From the NCBI RefSeq assembly GCF_001194135.2, contig NC_068984.1, positions 103,743,477 to 103,807,476 of the forward strand: a stretch of 64,000 bases of DNA, given 5' to 3'. Of the stretch, positions 49,631 to 62,020 are shown in pieces. The notes beneath the pieces were generated by a model, which saw nothing but the letters and a program-made list of their open reading frames with translations, did not search any database and was not told the DNA's origin. Made by a program: the position numbers and the translations under genes. Each line of letters starts with the position of its first letter. The stretch's first letter is position 1. The stretch is from Octopus bimaculoides. Its lineage: Eukaryota.

Positions 49631-52599
49631 TACACACTAGTATTCCAGTGTATGTCGACTCGTGTGCATGTAATGAGTACATCAAAAGCAAGCACACACA
49701 AACATAACTATGCATGCATATATGTACTAGCATGAACATGTAAATACATGTTTAATAATACACGTGCACATTAGCACTCGAAATCATGTCTTTTCTAGTG
49801 TGTAATCAGTGGATACATCACACAACAGACACACACTAGCATGCAAATGTAGGCACATGCCAGCATAGATATAGTCATTTTAATTACATCAACCTAGCTG
49901 CAAGTAAGTAATGTCTTTCAGATAACTTACAATGTATAATTGGAGAATTGTAGAAACAAAATCAGTGTCTTAAGGCTTTTTAGTTTTGTAACAGTCTTTC
50001 AATATCTGACGATAAAAACATTTTGCGCATGTGATGAATTTATTACTGTAAGCAACTCTTCTGTAAATGTTTATAACTCATCTGTGGTATAATGTATCTG
50101 CAATTCTCAGAAAAGTATAAGTATGGAAAGCTATGTTGTGGCTTTTGCTCATCCTTGAAGAAATTTTCATTAACTGAGCAATTTAACAATATGGAAGACT
50201 ACTGGAACTTTAAAATTTTGCTCTCAATCAGTACAAAATTACTAAATCAATTATTAGTCTCTTTAATGAACTCTTTGAAAAATGCCATTATGAAAACTAG
50301 TTTATTTTTGGTTATTTATGGCAGGCTTTCCCAGAAAAGTCTGTTTTAGCCCATTCCTATTAATCAATTCCCTTCGAGATCATTTTTGGAGATGATGGCT
50401 TCAATGAAGTCTTTTAAAGTCAGATTTTCTTCGGTGAACATTTCACATAATTACCCACAATGATCTAATATATGAAGGTAACAATAATGATAATGCACCC
50501 CCCACCCCTGAAAAAAAATAGACAATATTTTAAATATAAACCTGGAAATATTTTGAATTCTTAACTCTAACATTACTGGATGCTGAATCTAGATGTAAAT
50601 CTAAAACCTCTTGCAGAAATAAGGTAAATAAATGGTTGAACAAATTTTATCATTAAAGCATATGAAGCTTTGTATTTTTATAAACTGTTCAAATGATGTT
50701 TTGACTGGTGTATGAATGTTTGTGTATTATATATACACTTTCTATATGTATATATAAAGTATATTATAAGAGAATATTGGGTCTTTGGGTGATGTAACTA
50801 ATATATATTAAAACTGTATTTATCAGTTATGTGTGATGATTTATTTCGTTATCTCCCCACTCCATACCTCTTTCTACAATATCATCTCTGGCCCTAATCC
50901 CTATGTTTTCCAAAAATTGTTGCCATATTGATACTTCCAATATTCTCTAGTATTGAATGTATAAATTTTATCTATGATGTAGCCCTATTCTGATTTCTGA
51001 AATAAATTTTAAAAGAAAATGTTTTTATAATACTAATTTGTCCTTTTCATTTCAATTTTTATTTCAACTCTATGAAGAAAAAAAAACATTTTAAATTATT
51101 CAAGTTAAATATAAACCATGTACATTGAAACAAATTTTTATTCCATTATCAGCCAAGCAGGTTAGAGACCATGTAAATAAAATTAGTATAGCTGTTCTTT
51201 CCATGATGTGTTTGTTTTAGCAACCAAATGTATACTCCATCTTGAACTTAACCAAGTATATTTGAATTCAGCATTGTGTACTCCTTTGAGAAGTTTGTTT
51301 TTGAAAAGCTGCCCTAAAGATTTCAATTTTCTTCATTTGAGCGATTACTTTCCCACAACATATACATTTTTCCCTAATGCTACTTAAGTCATACCAATTC
51401 TAATGTTCGTTATCTTAATGTCTTCCATTAGAGATCCTAGTGGTTGTCAGTGTATCTTCTGTGAGCCTTATTGCAGCAACAAGCACAATAAGGAAACCAC
51501 ACATAGCCAATAAACATCCCCACCCCAGCAGTGAACAAATAAAAGTATATTTATTCAATAAGTGTTATTACAGGAAATAACACCAAAAAAAAAAAAAAAG
51601 ACAAAAGACAAAAGCAAGGAAGAAGTGCTTGTACATGACCCTCTTATCTCCCAGGAACTTCCACCAGCTGCAATGAAAGACAGATCATCTGATAGAAATA
51701 AAATATCCTGAAATTATGTACATTTATAAACTCCTGCTAGTAGAATAACAACAAAACGCTCATAAACCAACCAACAGTAAAGATTTTTATGACAGTCATT
51801 CTGTCATTTCGTTTCTATTCTAATTTTCCATACCTCTGTGTACTGATAGCTGGAGCTGGTTTTATATACGAACTATATATAAATATTCCTCAAGTTTTCT
51901 AGGAATTATGGCAACTAAACCTGATGCTAATGTAGCATGTACAAGTTTGTTGACTTTTTAGTGTTGTTATGGAAGACAAACTGAACCTATTTTTAAAACT
52001 GTTGCTGTAATTTTCCTCCAAGTACATCGTCAATCACAGAAATTATTAAACATTAGAAGCCTTTAGTGATTTGCCTATGGTAAGAAGTGATGCAATCACT
52101 TCTTGAGTAAGTGAAGCTTCGTGTGACCCAATATATACAAATTTTGGTCCAAAACAATAGATTTCTAAAATTGGCAATCTTAAGAAATCAAATGAGGAGA
52201 AACAAAAAAGTGCCTGAATATAATCATTTCAAGGGGCATAACTCTTAAATATATTGAGTTATGCTTCTTAGTTTTTCAGTCCATGTATTGAATTGGCCAC
52301 TTGCGCAGTGAATGACGGTGAGTTGACAATAGATCAGACAATACTTTGCCTTTCCTCTTCAGTGGGGGGATATCAAATCTATTCTGTTCCAAAGTCTTTG
52401 GGTTACTACTCAAGTTAGAAATCAATGATCATGAAGTTAATTATCCGTAATTAAATCACATCATTTAACGTCCATTTATCTATGCTGACATGGATTTGAA
52501 AGAAGCTAGCAAATCAGAAGACTGCTGAGGTCTGCTTTGTAAGAGTGTACCAAGTGGCACCAAATAACTTACAAGACCCCCCCCCCTCCTCAAATGGGG

Positions 52600-53310
52600 A
52601 GTAGTGTTGAGGAAGGTGGCTTTTTGCGAAGTGATGAGATGTTTAGCCTCACAGAATTGACGACAAAGGATTACTAATCTCTTCAGGGAAACAACCTTGC
52701 TTGATATTAGCAAAAGTGTAGGTAGAAATTCCATACAGTGTAACCAGTACAAGCTATGTACCCTTGTGCAGTCGAATCACTGGAAGGGAAACAGAAAGTA
52801 GTCTGTGTGTAGTAGATGTGCTGGAACAATAAACACTAAGAACACACACGAAAAAGATGTCCTTCAATACCCAAGGGTCACAGACAATTTCCCTTACCTT
52901 GGTGACCAAATTAACAGTGGAGGGGGCTCTGAAAGTGGTGTTACTAGAATTAGAACCAGCTAGACACAATTCAGAGGGCTATCTTTGTAACAAAAGGCCT
53001 CTCCTTCAGAGTGAAAGGTAGATTGTATGATACTTGTATCACAGTTCATGTTTTACTGCATGTTAGGGAAACATGGGCTGTGACTATAGAGGACATACAA
53101 AGGCTTGAAAGAAATGAAGCCAATAGGCTCCACTGGGTATGCCATGTCCGTGTGCAAGTATGACAAAGTGTAAATGTATTTGAGAGAAAAATTGAGCATA
53201 CGAAACAGCAGATGTAGTGTGCAAGAGGGAAGACTGTTGGTATGGTTATATGATGTGTATGGATTAAGACAGCTGCATAAGTGCTGATCTCTAAATGTGG
53301 ATGGAATCTT
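52600..53310 (+). mobile_element. Highly degenerate RTE fragment
   Basis: aaggcctctccttcagagtgaaaggtagattgtatgat = [13 protein letters not shown]. Confidence 0.7.
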
Positions 53311-53631
53311 ATATTTTTCTCTCTGAAGCTAGATACAGATTTATATTCTCAAAATAATTTTAGGGTAAAACTAAATACATTATTTCTTTTTCTTCTTTAA
53401 CCCTAAGTGAAGCTTTAAGGTGCAGATGTGTCAATAAAAGCATTCCAACCTTGACCATCTTGTTTCTTGCTCAAAATGTGTACCTAGGGATACAAATTTA
53501 ATGTGCTCCTCTTTTTTTAAAGTCTATGATTAAGTCTATTTTCTGGCTGTAGAAGGTAATAATTGCACAGTTCTATATTTAAGAGATGAGGAATTATTTA
53601 CATTATTTACATTTGACGGATATTTGTTGTT

Positions 53632-53677
53632 AACACAACGTTTCGGCTGATATACCCTCCAGCCTTCGTCAGGTGCC
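53632..53677 (-). ncRNA. Minimal type-I hammerhead ribozyme motif (mirror arm of the palindrome)
   Basis: Minus strand reads GGCAC-CTGACGA-A-GGCTG-gagggtatat-CAGCC-GAAA-CGTT-GTGTT. Confidence 0.72.
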
Positions 53678-53784
53678 TTGGGGAAATTTCGAACCTGGGT
53701 TCTCATTCCTAACGATGTTACTAATAATAATATAATAATAGTAACATCGTTAGGAATGAGAACCCAGGTTCAAAATTTCCCCAA

Positions 53785-53830
53785 GACACCTGACGAAGGC
53801 TGGAGGGTATATCAGCCGAAACGTTGTGTT
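53785..53830 (+). ncRNA. Minimal type-I hammerhead ribozyme motif (intact core CTGACGA/GAAA)
   Basis: GACAC-CTGACGA-A-GGCTG-gagggtatat-CAGCC-GAAA-CGTT-GTGTT. Confidence 0.75.
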
Positions 53831-54987
53831 AACAACAAACAAGATGAGGACAAATATCCGTCAAATGTAAATAATGTAATAATTGCATTCTAGCAATCTT
53901 AATATAACATGGAAATATTATCAGTAACAAGACTTACATCTTGTTTACTACTGAACATAGCAATAGGATCAACTTTCCATGAGAATCAGAACAATACAAT
54001 GAGGGAGGAAAATCACAGAGATTGTCTCTCTTGCTATGTTTTGGATATGCATGCATGTGTATGCTACAATGTACTTTAGAACATATCAGACCATGTTAAA
54101 TTTCTTCTAACCACTTCAAGTATTTCAAATTTTCACCTGATTCTCTTTCAAAGAATGTAGTTTTGCATACTATTGACGAAAACCACATTCATTTATATTA
54201 AGAATTAATAATAAAGAAATTACAAGCATTTAAAGTTATGTAATTTTAACCAATCAGAATTCTCCAGATGTTGCAACAGTCAGTTGTCATAGCAAAAGCA
54301 AATGCTGTGTCTGTGTCTCTGAGAAAAAGTACAAGGATGGAAGTGGTAACCTTCTTCTTAGGAGTTTAATTTTATTTTTGTATTACTGGATGTAACAATC
54401 AATTCAACTGGAAACAACGATTTACAGCAACTTGTGAAGATACCAAAATATACCAGGTTACCAATGTCAGCATAGAACAGCGAACTACACCATTGAGTTT
54501 GTCAGCTCACAAGACAGGATTCACATTCAAAGGGAATAAATGGTGCTATGGTACTCATCATTCTACAGGACTTGTATCTCTGTGAGTTCATGTAGTACCA
54601 CAGGTATGAAAATCGTGACCTATTCAGAAAATAATTTGAATCTACCATACAATTTTGCTATTGTTTGAAAACCTTCTTAAATACTTTTGAGAGAAAAAAA
54701 ATTTGCTTTCTTTCATTAAATTCTTTTACAGAAAACATTAAATGTTCTGTAAAATTTATTTTTTAAGTAACCTTGAATTAGTAGCAACAGATTTTGTCTT
54801 GGCAGTGAGTACATGTTATTGGCAAAAGCCTAATGAGGTAGAAATGCACATCTAGTCTCTACACCATCATTGCTAGACAATTTTTGTTCATTACTTATAT
54901 AGTAGTGTTTTTAAATACAGTACATCCATATGAGATATTATCTTTGAATGAATATGTAGATAATTTACCTTCTTGTGATGTACTGCA

Positions 54988-55185
54988 TTAATCCTTTAAC
55001 ATTCAGATTACTTCGTCGAATGTAATGCTCATTCATTCACAGCATTTTGAATTTATTATGTGTTATCTCACAGCTTTAAAATTTTGGTGCCTACCCAATG
55101 ACAGAGGCTGGATTTGGCTGGTTTGAACATAAAATAGGTGGAATATTTGGGCCAGATGTGGCCAGTTTAAATGCTATAGGGTTAA
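54988..55185. mobile_element. piggyBac-like MITE copy
   Basis: ttaatcctttaacatt...aatgctatagggttaa. Confidence 0.6.
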
Positions 55186-55889
55186 GTATCATACACAGAT
55201 GGCTATTTTAATCAAATATAACAGATTTTTATACTATATTTATATATTGTTTATACATGTATATCTCCTTTATCTCCATATAGATTGATACACCTATAGG
55301 ACAATGCATCACCCTTTAGGCACTCACCTGGATGTATAAAAAGTGACATGGAATTATGTGAATGCATTTCCCTAAAATAATATCAATACAAATAACCATG
55401 CCTAAAACAAGCTAGAAAACCCCAATAAATGTTTATAGTAACATAACCTCTTCTGTCCTAAACCTCACAAAATACCAGCACAACTTCAGTCTGACCTATG
55501 CTGTGTGACCAACTAATTTATCTACAAACATTCCTTAGTGAACAATTAAACAGAACAAAACCAACTTTGTATACAAAGAATGCTATAACTTGAATTTGGC
55601 ACACCTGTTTACACTGTTACTTCCATGCTTAAACAACAGCAAAATTACCACATAACACCAAAAGATATCTCCTCACCATAAGTTCTATCCCATTCTTACA
55701 TATCTACTTCCTTGAGCTACCTATACCATACCTAATTATCATTGTACATAGCTCCCCCTACTGCAAAAAGAAAATGTTTGCCAAAGACTGTATAAAGTCA
55801 AAAAGAACCCACCCGTCCCAAAGTAAATCACAATATGACGATGGTGATGAAGCAAAAAACTTGATGTTCAGGTTAAATTTGATTTTTTT

Positions 55890-56720
55890 TTTTATGCCTC
55901 CCTTTCTCAGGAACAGCTTGATGCATTGGTGAACAGTCAACAGCATTGGAGAGCACAACATATTAAAGCCATCTAAATACTGAAAAAGAGGTACCTTTAT
56001 CATGATGATTTCTGCTGGATATCAAAACGCTGACATCATGACTGCTGTGCAATGCACTGTGAACACTGTAACAGTCACAAGACATAACATGGACAGCTGC
56101 AATTGAGACTACAAAGCCATGGCCAGCAGCAAGGGGCATAGCAGGCATTCTGACTGCATCCACACACCAGGATTCATCCCCGCATTTTTGAACAGAGCCT
56201 ATGACTCAATTCAGATGCCTATGTGAAGCTGATGAAGACTGTAGTCAATCCCTGGTTGAAAAGAGTTGCTGCTGGAAGGCCATATGTATGATATCACAGC
56301 AGAATCCAGTTACTTGTCATACCTCCAGAAAGTGTCAGAAGTGGTTGTCACGGAATTTCTACAACTTCACCAACCCTGATTTCTGGCCTTCTAACTTCCC
56401 CAACTGTAATCCCATGGATTATTATGTCTGGTTGGTGTTTTTCTCAGCTGTGTCTCATTCTGCCTACAATACCAAAACTGAGCTGGTGGTTAAGATCAAG
56501 GAGGCATTCGAAGATCTTCCCAGGGACACAGTGAAGAATGCATCCACCAAGTTCCATAGCTCTTTTGAGGCTGTGGTGGAAGTTGAGAGCAGCTACTTTG
56601 AGTAAACTGTTATCTCCCAGCCATAATCTAGTTGATATTTTCTGATTTTTTAAAGTACTTTTATTTTTGAATGACATATTGTGTTTCATTTTCCTTTTAT
56701 GCAAATTGCGTCAATTAATA
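55890..56720 (+). mobile_element. Tc1/mariner relic, maT (DD37D)-like, internally deleted
   Basis: CHTSRKCQKWL...FWPSNFPNCNPMDYYVW...FEAVVEVESSYFE; N-terminal remnant (…HSDCIHTPGFI) at ~55990-56190; 5' boundary approximate. Confidence 0.7.
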
Positions 56721-56884
56721 AGAGCTGAGCATTCCATGGACATGTGTACCCTTAATATACTCAGGCAGAATCAGTGTAATAGTGTGAAACAACTGTACTG
56801 TTCAAAGCAGTGCCCTAGCAAGGCCATACCTCAATGGCTAGAACAGGTAAAAGATTAAAGATGTGTGTGTATCTATCTATAATA

Positions 56885-58420
56885 TATTAAAAGTCAGTTT
56901 GAATCTTGCTTGCTTGCAATGGTACCCAGCCAAACTGGCGCATAATGGGAAAATACCATGAATTATGTTTACCCTGACATGTTAATACGAATGGAACGAA
57001 ACAAGTTGCACATAAATCGATAAAGTAGTTTTCAAGATATTAGAAAGTTTCAGGGTATAAATACCCAAAGCGGTGCATAATGGGAAAATGTTCCGAAAAT
57101 AATCTTCATACTGAAAGGGAAGAAACTCTTACCTTTCTATTAGACAGGAGCTGACAACAAAAATACGATTTTTCCCCCCTAATTTCTATTTTCACATTTT
57201 TTAAGCACAATATTTTAATCATTTAGAAATATTTTTAAGTGAATGCGATTTCAAAAATGTAAGTTGTTTGTACAGTAAGTATGTATATTTTAGCTTTCTT
57301 TAAACAGACAAGGAAGGAATTTCAACCATGTTTCGTGGTCTGCTACTACAACAGCTCCTTTATAGGATCCAGTTAGCTCAAGATATCATCAGGAGGAACC
57401 ACGTCCGGTTTCGGCCCCTACTCCTCTACCGTTTTGACGTGGCGGAGCCCCCCCTTTCGGAGGTGCCTTCAACTCTGGTGTTGGGTGCATCTCTTCTTTC
57501 TTCTATTCCCTGGCCTCTTCGATGCAGCATCAACGAGTGTCAGCGTCCGACTGATTGTCATGTCAAATTCCCCTTTTTATACCTGCTGCTAGGCTGCCCC
57601 AGCAAGTTGTCACGTGACACTGTCTAAATTTCCCGCTGCTAGGGTCCAGTAGGCAGCCCCAGCAATTTTCATGTGAATACCATTACAAAAATTTTTTTTG
57701 ACATATTTAAAAAATTTTCTGAAGTGAAATTGACTTAAAAAATACAGTATTTCGTAAAAGACCTGTTCATAACCTCAGTGTGAAATAGCTTTATAGAGTG
57801 TATTCAATGTGTCTCACCTCCAAAGATTTGGCTGCTATTTCTAGCACACCCTGCTACCACGTAACAGCTACTTGCAATAAAGGACCTGAAATACCTATTA
57901 CGTTGTAGCAGGATGTGCAAGAAATAGCAGCCAAATTTTTCCAACCCACAAAACAAAACTCTGTCTAGTAATACATTAAAAGTGAAGTTCAATCTTGCTT
58001 GTTTACAATGTTACACAGCCAAACTGGCACATAATGGGAAAATACTCTGAAAGTGCCCCTGAAATGTGAATAGGAATGGAATAGAACAAGTTTTACGTAA
58101 ATCAGACCAGTAGTTATTGAAATATTCAGGGTTTGGGGGGTATAAATACCCAAAATGGTGCACAATGGGAAAATATTTTAAAAATAACTTAACCCTGAAA
58201 GGGAAGAAACTCTTACCTTTCCATTAGACTATATGATGGGCAAAATATTTTTAAGTGAAAATGACTTTAAAAATACAGTAAATATTTTGTAAAAGACCCA
58301 TTCATAACCTCAGTGTGAAATAGTATTTTTCCATAGGTTTCTTTCAAGTGCATTCAACATATCTCACTTCCAAAGATTTGGCTGCTATTTCTAGCACATC
58401 CTGCCACCATGTAACAGGGC
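56885..58420. repeat. Diverged direct duplication of a ~450-bp unit; first copy carries a GC-rich insert
   Basis: 56885-57145 matches 57973-58230; 57715-57866 matches 58245-58416. Confidence 0.7.
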
Positions 58421-58495
58421 CATCTACCTAAAGGGGTTTGTGTTTTGTCTACCTTCCTACTTATTAGGACTTTGGTTTTAGCTATGTTGACTCTA
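58415..58495 (-). mobile_element. Short RTE fragment
   Basis: [17 protein letters not shown]...GRWPC, homologous to 9840-9922. Confidence 0.65.
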
Positions 58496-58763
58496 AAAAT
58501 ACATATATATNNNNNNNNNNNNNNNNNNNNNNNNNNNNNNNNNNNNNNNNNNNNNNNNNNNNNNNNNNNNNNNNNNNNNNNNNNNNNNNNNNNNNNNNNN
58601 NNNNNNNNNNNNNNNNNNNNNNNNNNNNNNNNNNNNNNNNNNNNNNNNNNNNNNNNNNNNNNNNNNNNNNNNTATATATATAGTAATATTACAATATATA
58701 TATATATATAACTGGAGAAGCATCTGGATATAAACAATGCCTCGATAACATATTCATCTAATC

Positions 58764-59193
58764 CAGTGCTTCTCAACATTTTTATCCTTGCATAACTCTT
58801 AAATAAATTACTATATATATATTACAATATTACAAGGCGGTGAGCTGGCAGAAACAGTAGCATGCTAGGCGAAATGCTTAGCAGTATTTCGTCTGTCTTT
58901 CCATTCTGGGTTCAAATTCCTCCGAGGTCGACTTTGCCTTTCATCTTTTTGGAGGCCAATAAATTAAGTCACATACTGGGAGTCGATCTAATCAACTGGT
59001 CCCCTCCCCCAAAATTTCAGGCCTTGTGCCTAGAGTAGAAAAGAACATTACAATAACCAATAATATGTTGTACATGTATAGTAATACTATGATCATGAAA
59101 TTAACATTAGCTTATCTCACACTGTTCCGCGGAACTCCTAAGAACCTTTTGTGAAACCCTAAGGTTCCGTGGAACTCCAGTTGAGAAATACTG
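58764..59193. mobile_element. hAT/Charlie-like MITE with nested SINE
   Basis: Ends CAGTGCTTCTCAAC...GTTGAGAAATACTG; 8-bp TSD atctaatc/atctaacc. Confidence 0.75.
58836..59045 (+). mobile_element. tRNA-derived SINE with Deu/Nin-like central domain, nested in the MITE
   Basis: GGCGGTGAGCTGGCAG...GGGTTCAAATTCC...GAGGTCGACTTTGCCTTTCATC; flanked by attacaa repeats; family name from memory. Confidence 0.65.
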
Positions 59194-59458
59194 ATCTAAC
59201 CCATGCTAGTAAAATCAAACAAACTTATTTTTACATCTATAAAGTCATAAAATAAATCTAACAATATGTGAGTGTATGTAACAAGACCCAATCTGGTAAA
59301 ACACAAATCATATAGAAACAGCTCACCAAATTCACTCTAGAATCACTGCAATATGAGAGAGAGAGAGTGTATGTGTATGTGTGTGTGCGCACGCATGTGC
59401 ATAATTTATAAATTTTAAAAAATCCAATAAAAGTATTTTAAATCAAAGGCAAGAGATT

Positions 59459-60055
59459 TTATTTTTCAGTTTGCTGCTCATTAGATTTTGGCAACTCCAA
59501 GTCCAGTGGTTTGTCAAAACCCATCAAGTGAATATAAGATTGTTTATCAAGAAAGAATTTTGGATCCAGAAAAAGGGGTTTTCCTTTAATTATCACACTT
59601 GTGAAAGGACCAGTAAGAGTTGGAGCACTCACATCCTCAGCTTTAAAAGTCAGTTGCTTACGCATGCTAAAAAGGTTGAAAGTAGCAGCAGTAAAGACAT
59701 TGGAAGTGTCCTCAAAGTAAACATCAGTCACATACTTCTTACTTACCATATGTATTAACAATGGTGTCACAACTATAAAAAATGCAAAGAAAACACTTAC
59801 AGCAGCCTTCAATGACAATGTTGCGTCTGAAGAGTTATACAAAATGACTGGTTGCATACCCAGACCTAAAAGACTGGTGGATATAGAAAACAACTTAACT
59901 GCTTTTATTGTCTTGGTCAAAGGTCCACTATAAATAAGTTTGCCTTTTGTAGGATCATACAATGGTTGATTAGTAAATTCATCTTTTTGTATAGATAGTT
60001 TCTCAGCCTGGTAGGGTTTAGGACTTGAATGAAATTTGGAAACCTGAAAATTAGG
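59459..60055 (-). CDS. TMEM70: TMEM70 (mitochondrial ATP synthase assembly factor), exon 2 to stop
   Basis: Translation GKLIYSGPL...VKLFSISTS...TPLLIHMVSKKYV...KPLFLDPKFF...YIHLMGFDKPLD resembles the TMEM70 family, with two hydrophobic segments. Acceptor is ttttcag at 60055 or 12 nt downstream at 60043, both phase 0. Confidence 0.88.
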   Translation of the reverse strand, partial: PNFQVSKFHSSPKPYQAEKLSIQKDEFTNQPLYDPTKGKLIYSGPLTKTIKAVKLFSISTSLLGLGMQPVILYNSSDATLSLKAAVSVFFAFFIVVTPLLIHMVSKKYVTDVYFEDTSNVFTAATFNLFSMRKQLTFKAEDVSAPTLTGPFTSVIIKGKPLFLDPKFFLDKQSYIHLMGFDKPLDLELPKSNEQQTEK

Positions 60056-60384
60056 CTGAAAATAGTAAACAAAATATGTCAGGCTATTTCTAGTCAATTT
60101 TGAAATATCAATTAATAATGGTTTATAGATTCTTCTATTAAATAAATGGATCTCATCAGTTTAATGATGGGGTTTCAGTAGTTCAATCAACTGAATTAAC
60201 ATGAGCAGAGCATTCCATGGATATGTGTATCTTTAATATACTCAGTGTAATAGTGTGACACAGCTGTACTTTTCAAATGACAGGTACAATTCACTCAACA
60301 CTTATTTTCTGTCAATCCAATTTTCACTCATAAAGTTTGGGTCAACGTGAGGCAATGGTAAGGGACACTTGCCCAAGATTGTTG

Positions 60385-60762
60385 GCACTCCATCACTTAC
60401 GACGTTGAGGGTTCCAGTTGATCCGATCAACGGAACAGCCTGCTCATGAAATTAACGTGCAAGTGGCTGAGCATTCCACAGACACATGTACCCTTAATGT
60501 CGTTCTCAGGGATATTCAGCGTGACACGGTGTGACAAGGCTGACCCTTTGAATTACAGGCACAACAGAAAGAGGAAGTAAGAGTGAGAGAAAGTTGTGGT
60601 GAAAGAGTACAGCAGGGTTCACCACCATCCCCTGCCAGAGCCTCATGGAGCTTTAGGTGTTTTCGCTCAATAAACACTCACAACGCCCAGTCTGGGAATC
60701 GAAACCGCGATCCTATGACTGCAAGTCCGCTGCCCTAACCACTGGGCCATTGCGCCTCCACT
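60385..60762 (-). mobile_element. tRNA-derived SINE (second family) in TMEM70 intron
   Basis: Head GGAGGCGCAATGGCCCAGTGG...GGTTTCGATTCCC; tail gatcggatcaactggaaccctc shared with 39530-39820(+) and 32630-32912(-). Confidence 0.72.
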
Positions 60763-61056
60763 CTTGCCCAAGATACCATGCAAAGTAAGCTCTAATTATT
60801 CATCCATGCTGCATCTCCATACAATCTTCTATACATAGTCTTTAACATGTCTTTATTTCATAAAAGTTTGAGTTTATTAGAATTCAAGCTTCAACTTTCA
60901 CAAGGTGTTACATATCAAGACATATAACACAAGTCAGTCTCAAAACATCAAGAAATATTTTGATGTTATTTCAAATTAACCCATTAAAGGCCATAATTGA
61001 ACAATGAATTATCTATAAATCTTTACATTTTCTTAGCTAAGGGCTCTTTGATATTA

Positions 61057-61460
61057 TCAGGTTGAATAAAAAGTAAGCAACGTTTTGAAACATGAAATTC
61101 ATCGCAATATGTTTCAACAATGCAGAAATTTTATTCATCAAAGTAAGTACCATTACTATCAAGACATTTTTGCCAACGAGTTACAAGTTTGTTTATTCTA
61201 GTAACATAAAAATCTGGAGTTCTGGAACTGATGAACTCCTTGAACGCACTTTCAGTATCGGTTTAATTTTTGAACTCCCGCTCTCGCAGGAAACCATCAA
61301 GGTGCTTGAAAAGTGGTAGTTGGTAGGAGAAAGGTCTGGGGAATAAGCTGGGTGGGGAAGAACTTTGTAGCCAACTTCCCTCAACTTCTGGAGCGTCATT
61401 AAAGTAACGTGTGGTCGAGCATTGGAATGAAGAATGATTGGCCCTCTTGCGTTGACCAGT
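61057..61460 (-). mobile_element. Mariner 3' fragment in TMEM70 intron
   Basis: LQKLREVGYKVLPHPAYSPDLSPTNYHF; terminal TA-TCAGGTTGAATAAAAAGT at 61055. Confidence 0.8.
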
Positions 61461-61897
61461 CCGGGATGGAGGTGTAGTAGTTGTGATACTCACAGACCAT
61501 GTATGTATGCGATTAAAAAAAAAATTTTTTTTAAGAATCGGATCCTCCATAACCAGAAACGTGGGATTCCGTTTAAAAAAATCAATATATATCCATTTTA
61601 CCCGAAGTTATGACGGAAAAATTGGATCTTGTGAATTTTCCGAAAGTTCCCTCTCCACCCCCAGGGTCGTCAGCGTGCATTTTTTTCATATTCGTTTTCC
61701 ATACACTTGTTAACACCCACCAGGCTGGTTATTATTATTTTTTTTTGTTCGGAGGTGAAGGTCTTTATATTAACCCCCAAAACAATGTTTCAAGTGTATT
61801 AGCATTCTCAATTGAAAAGTGATTTGGTTTCACTACAAAGTGGTTTGTACACTATAACTGAGAAATAAACTAAATATATATATATATATATACTTAC

Positions 61898-62020
61898 AAA
61901 TATGTTACAGCCACTAGTTGTTAGAATTCTATTCAAAAAGGTTGGCGCCGTATTCAAGCGAAGCCTGACCATCAACATTTTGTCCTCTACACGAAGTCGA
62001 ACAACCGGTGAAAGTTTCAT
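61898..62020 (-). CDS. TMEM70: TMEM70 exon 1 (N-terminal mitochondrial-presequence-like peptide)
   Basis: MKLSPVVRLRVEDKMLMVRLRLNTAPTFLNRILTTSGCNIF ends exactly at a GTAAGT donor, phase 0, matching exon 2; R/L-rich. The true start may be the downstream ATG at 61978. Confidence 0.72.

Larger units (their letters stand above)
53592..53884. mobile_element. ~290-bp palindrome of two PLE-terminus/hammerhead arms
   Basis: Arms are near-perfect reverse complements around a central AT-rich spacer (…cattcctaacgatgttact aataataatataataat agtaacatcgttaggaatg…). Confidence 0.8.

Noticed and set aside
55900-55990. Strong acceptor (tttctcag|GAA at ~55913) as the next exon of the 54337 ORF
   Set aside because: It lies within the 5' end of the maT-like transposon and reaches a stop quickly.
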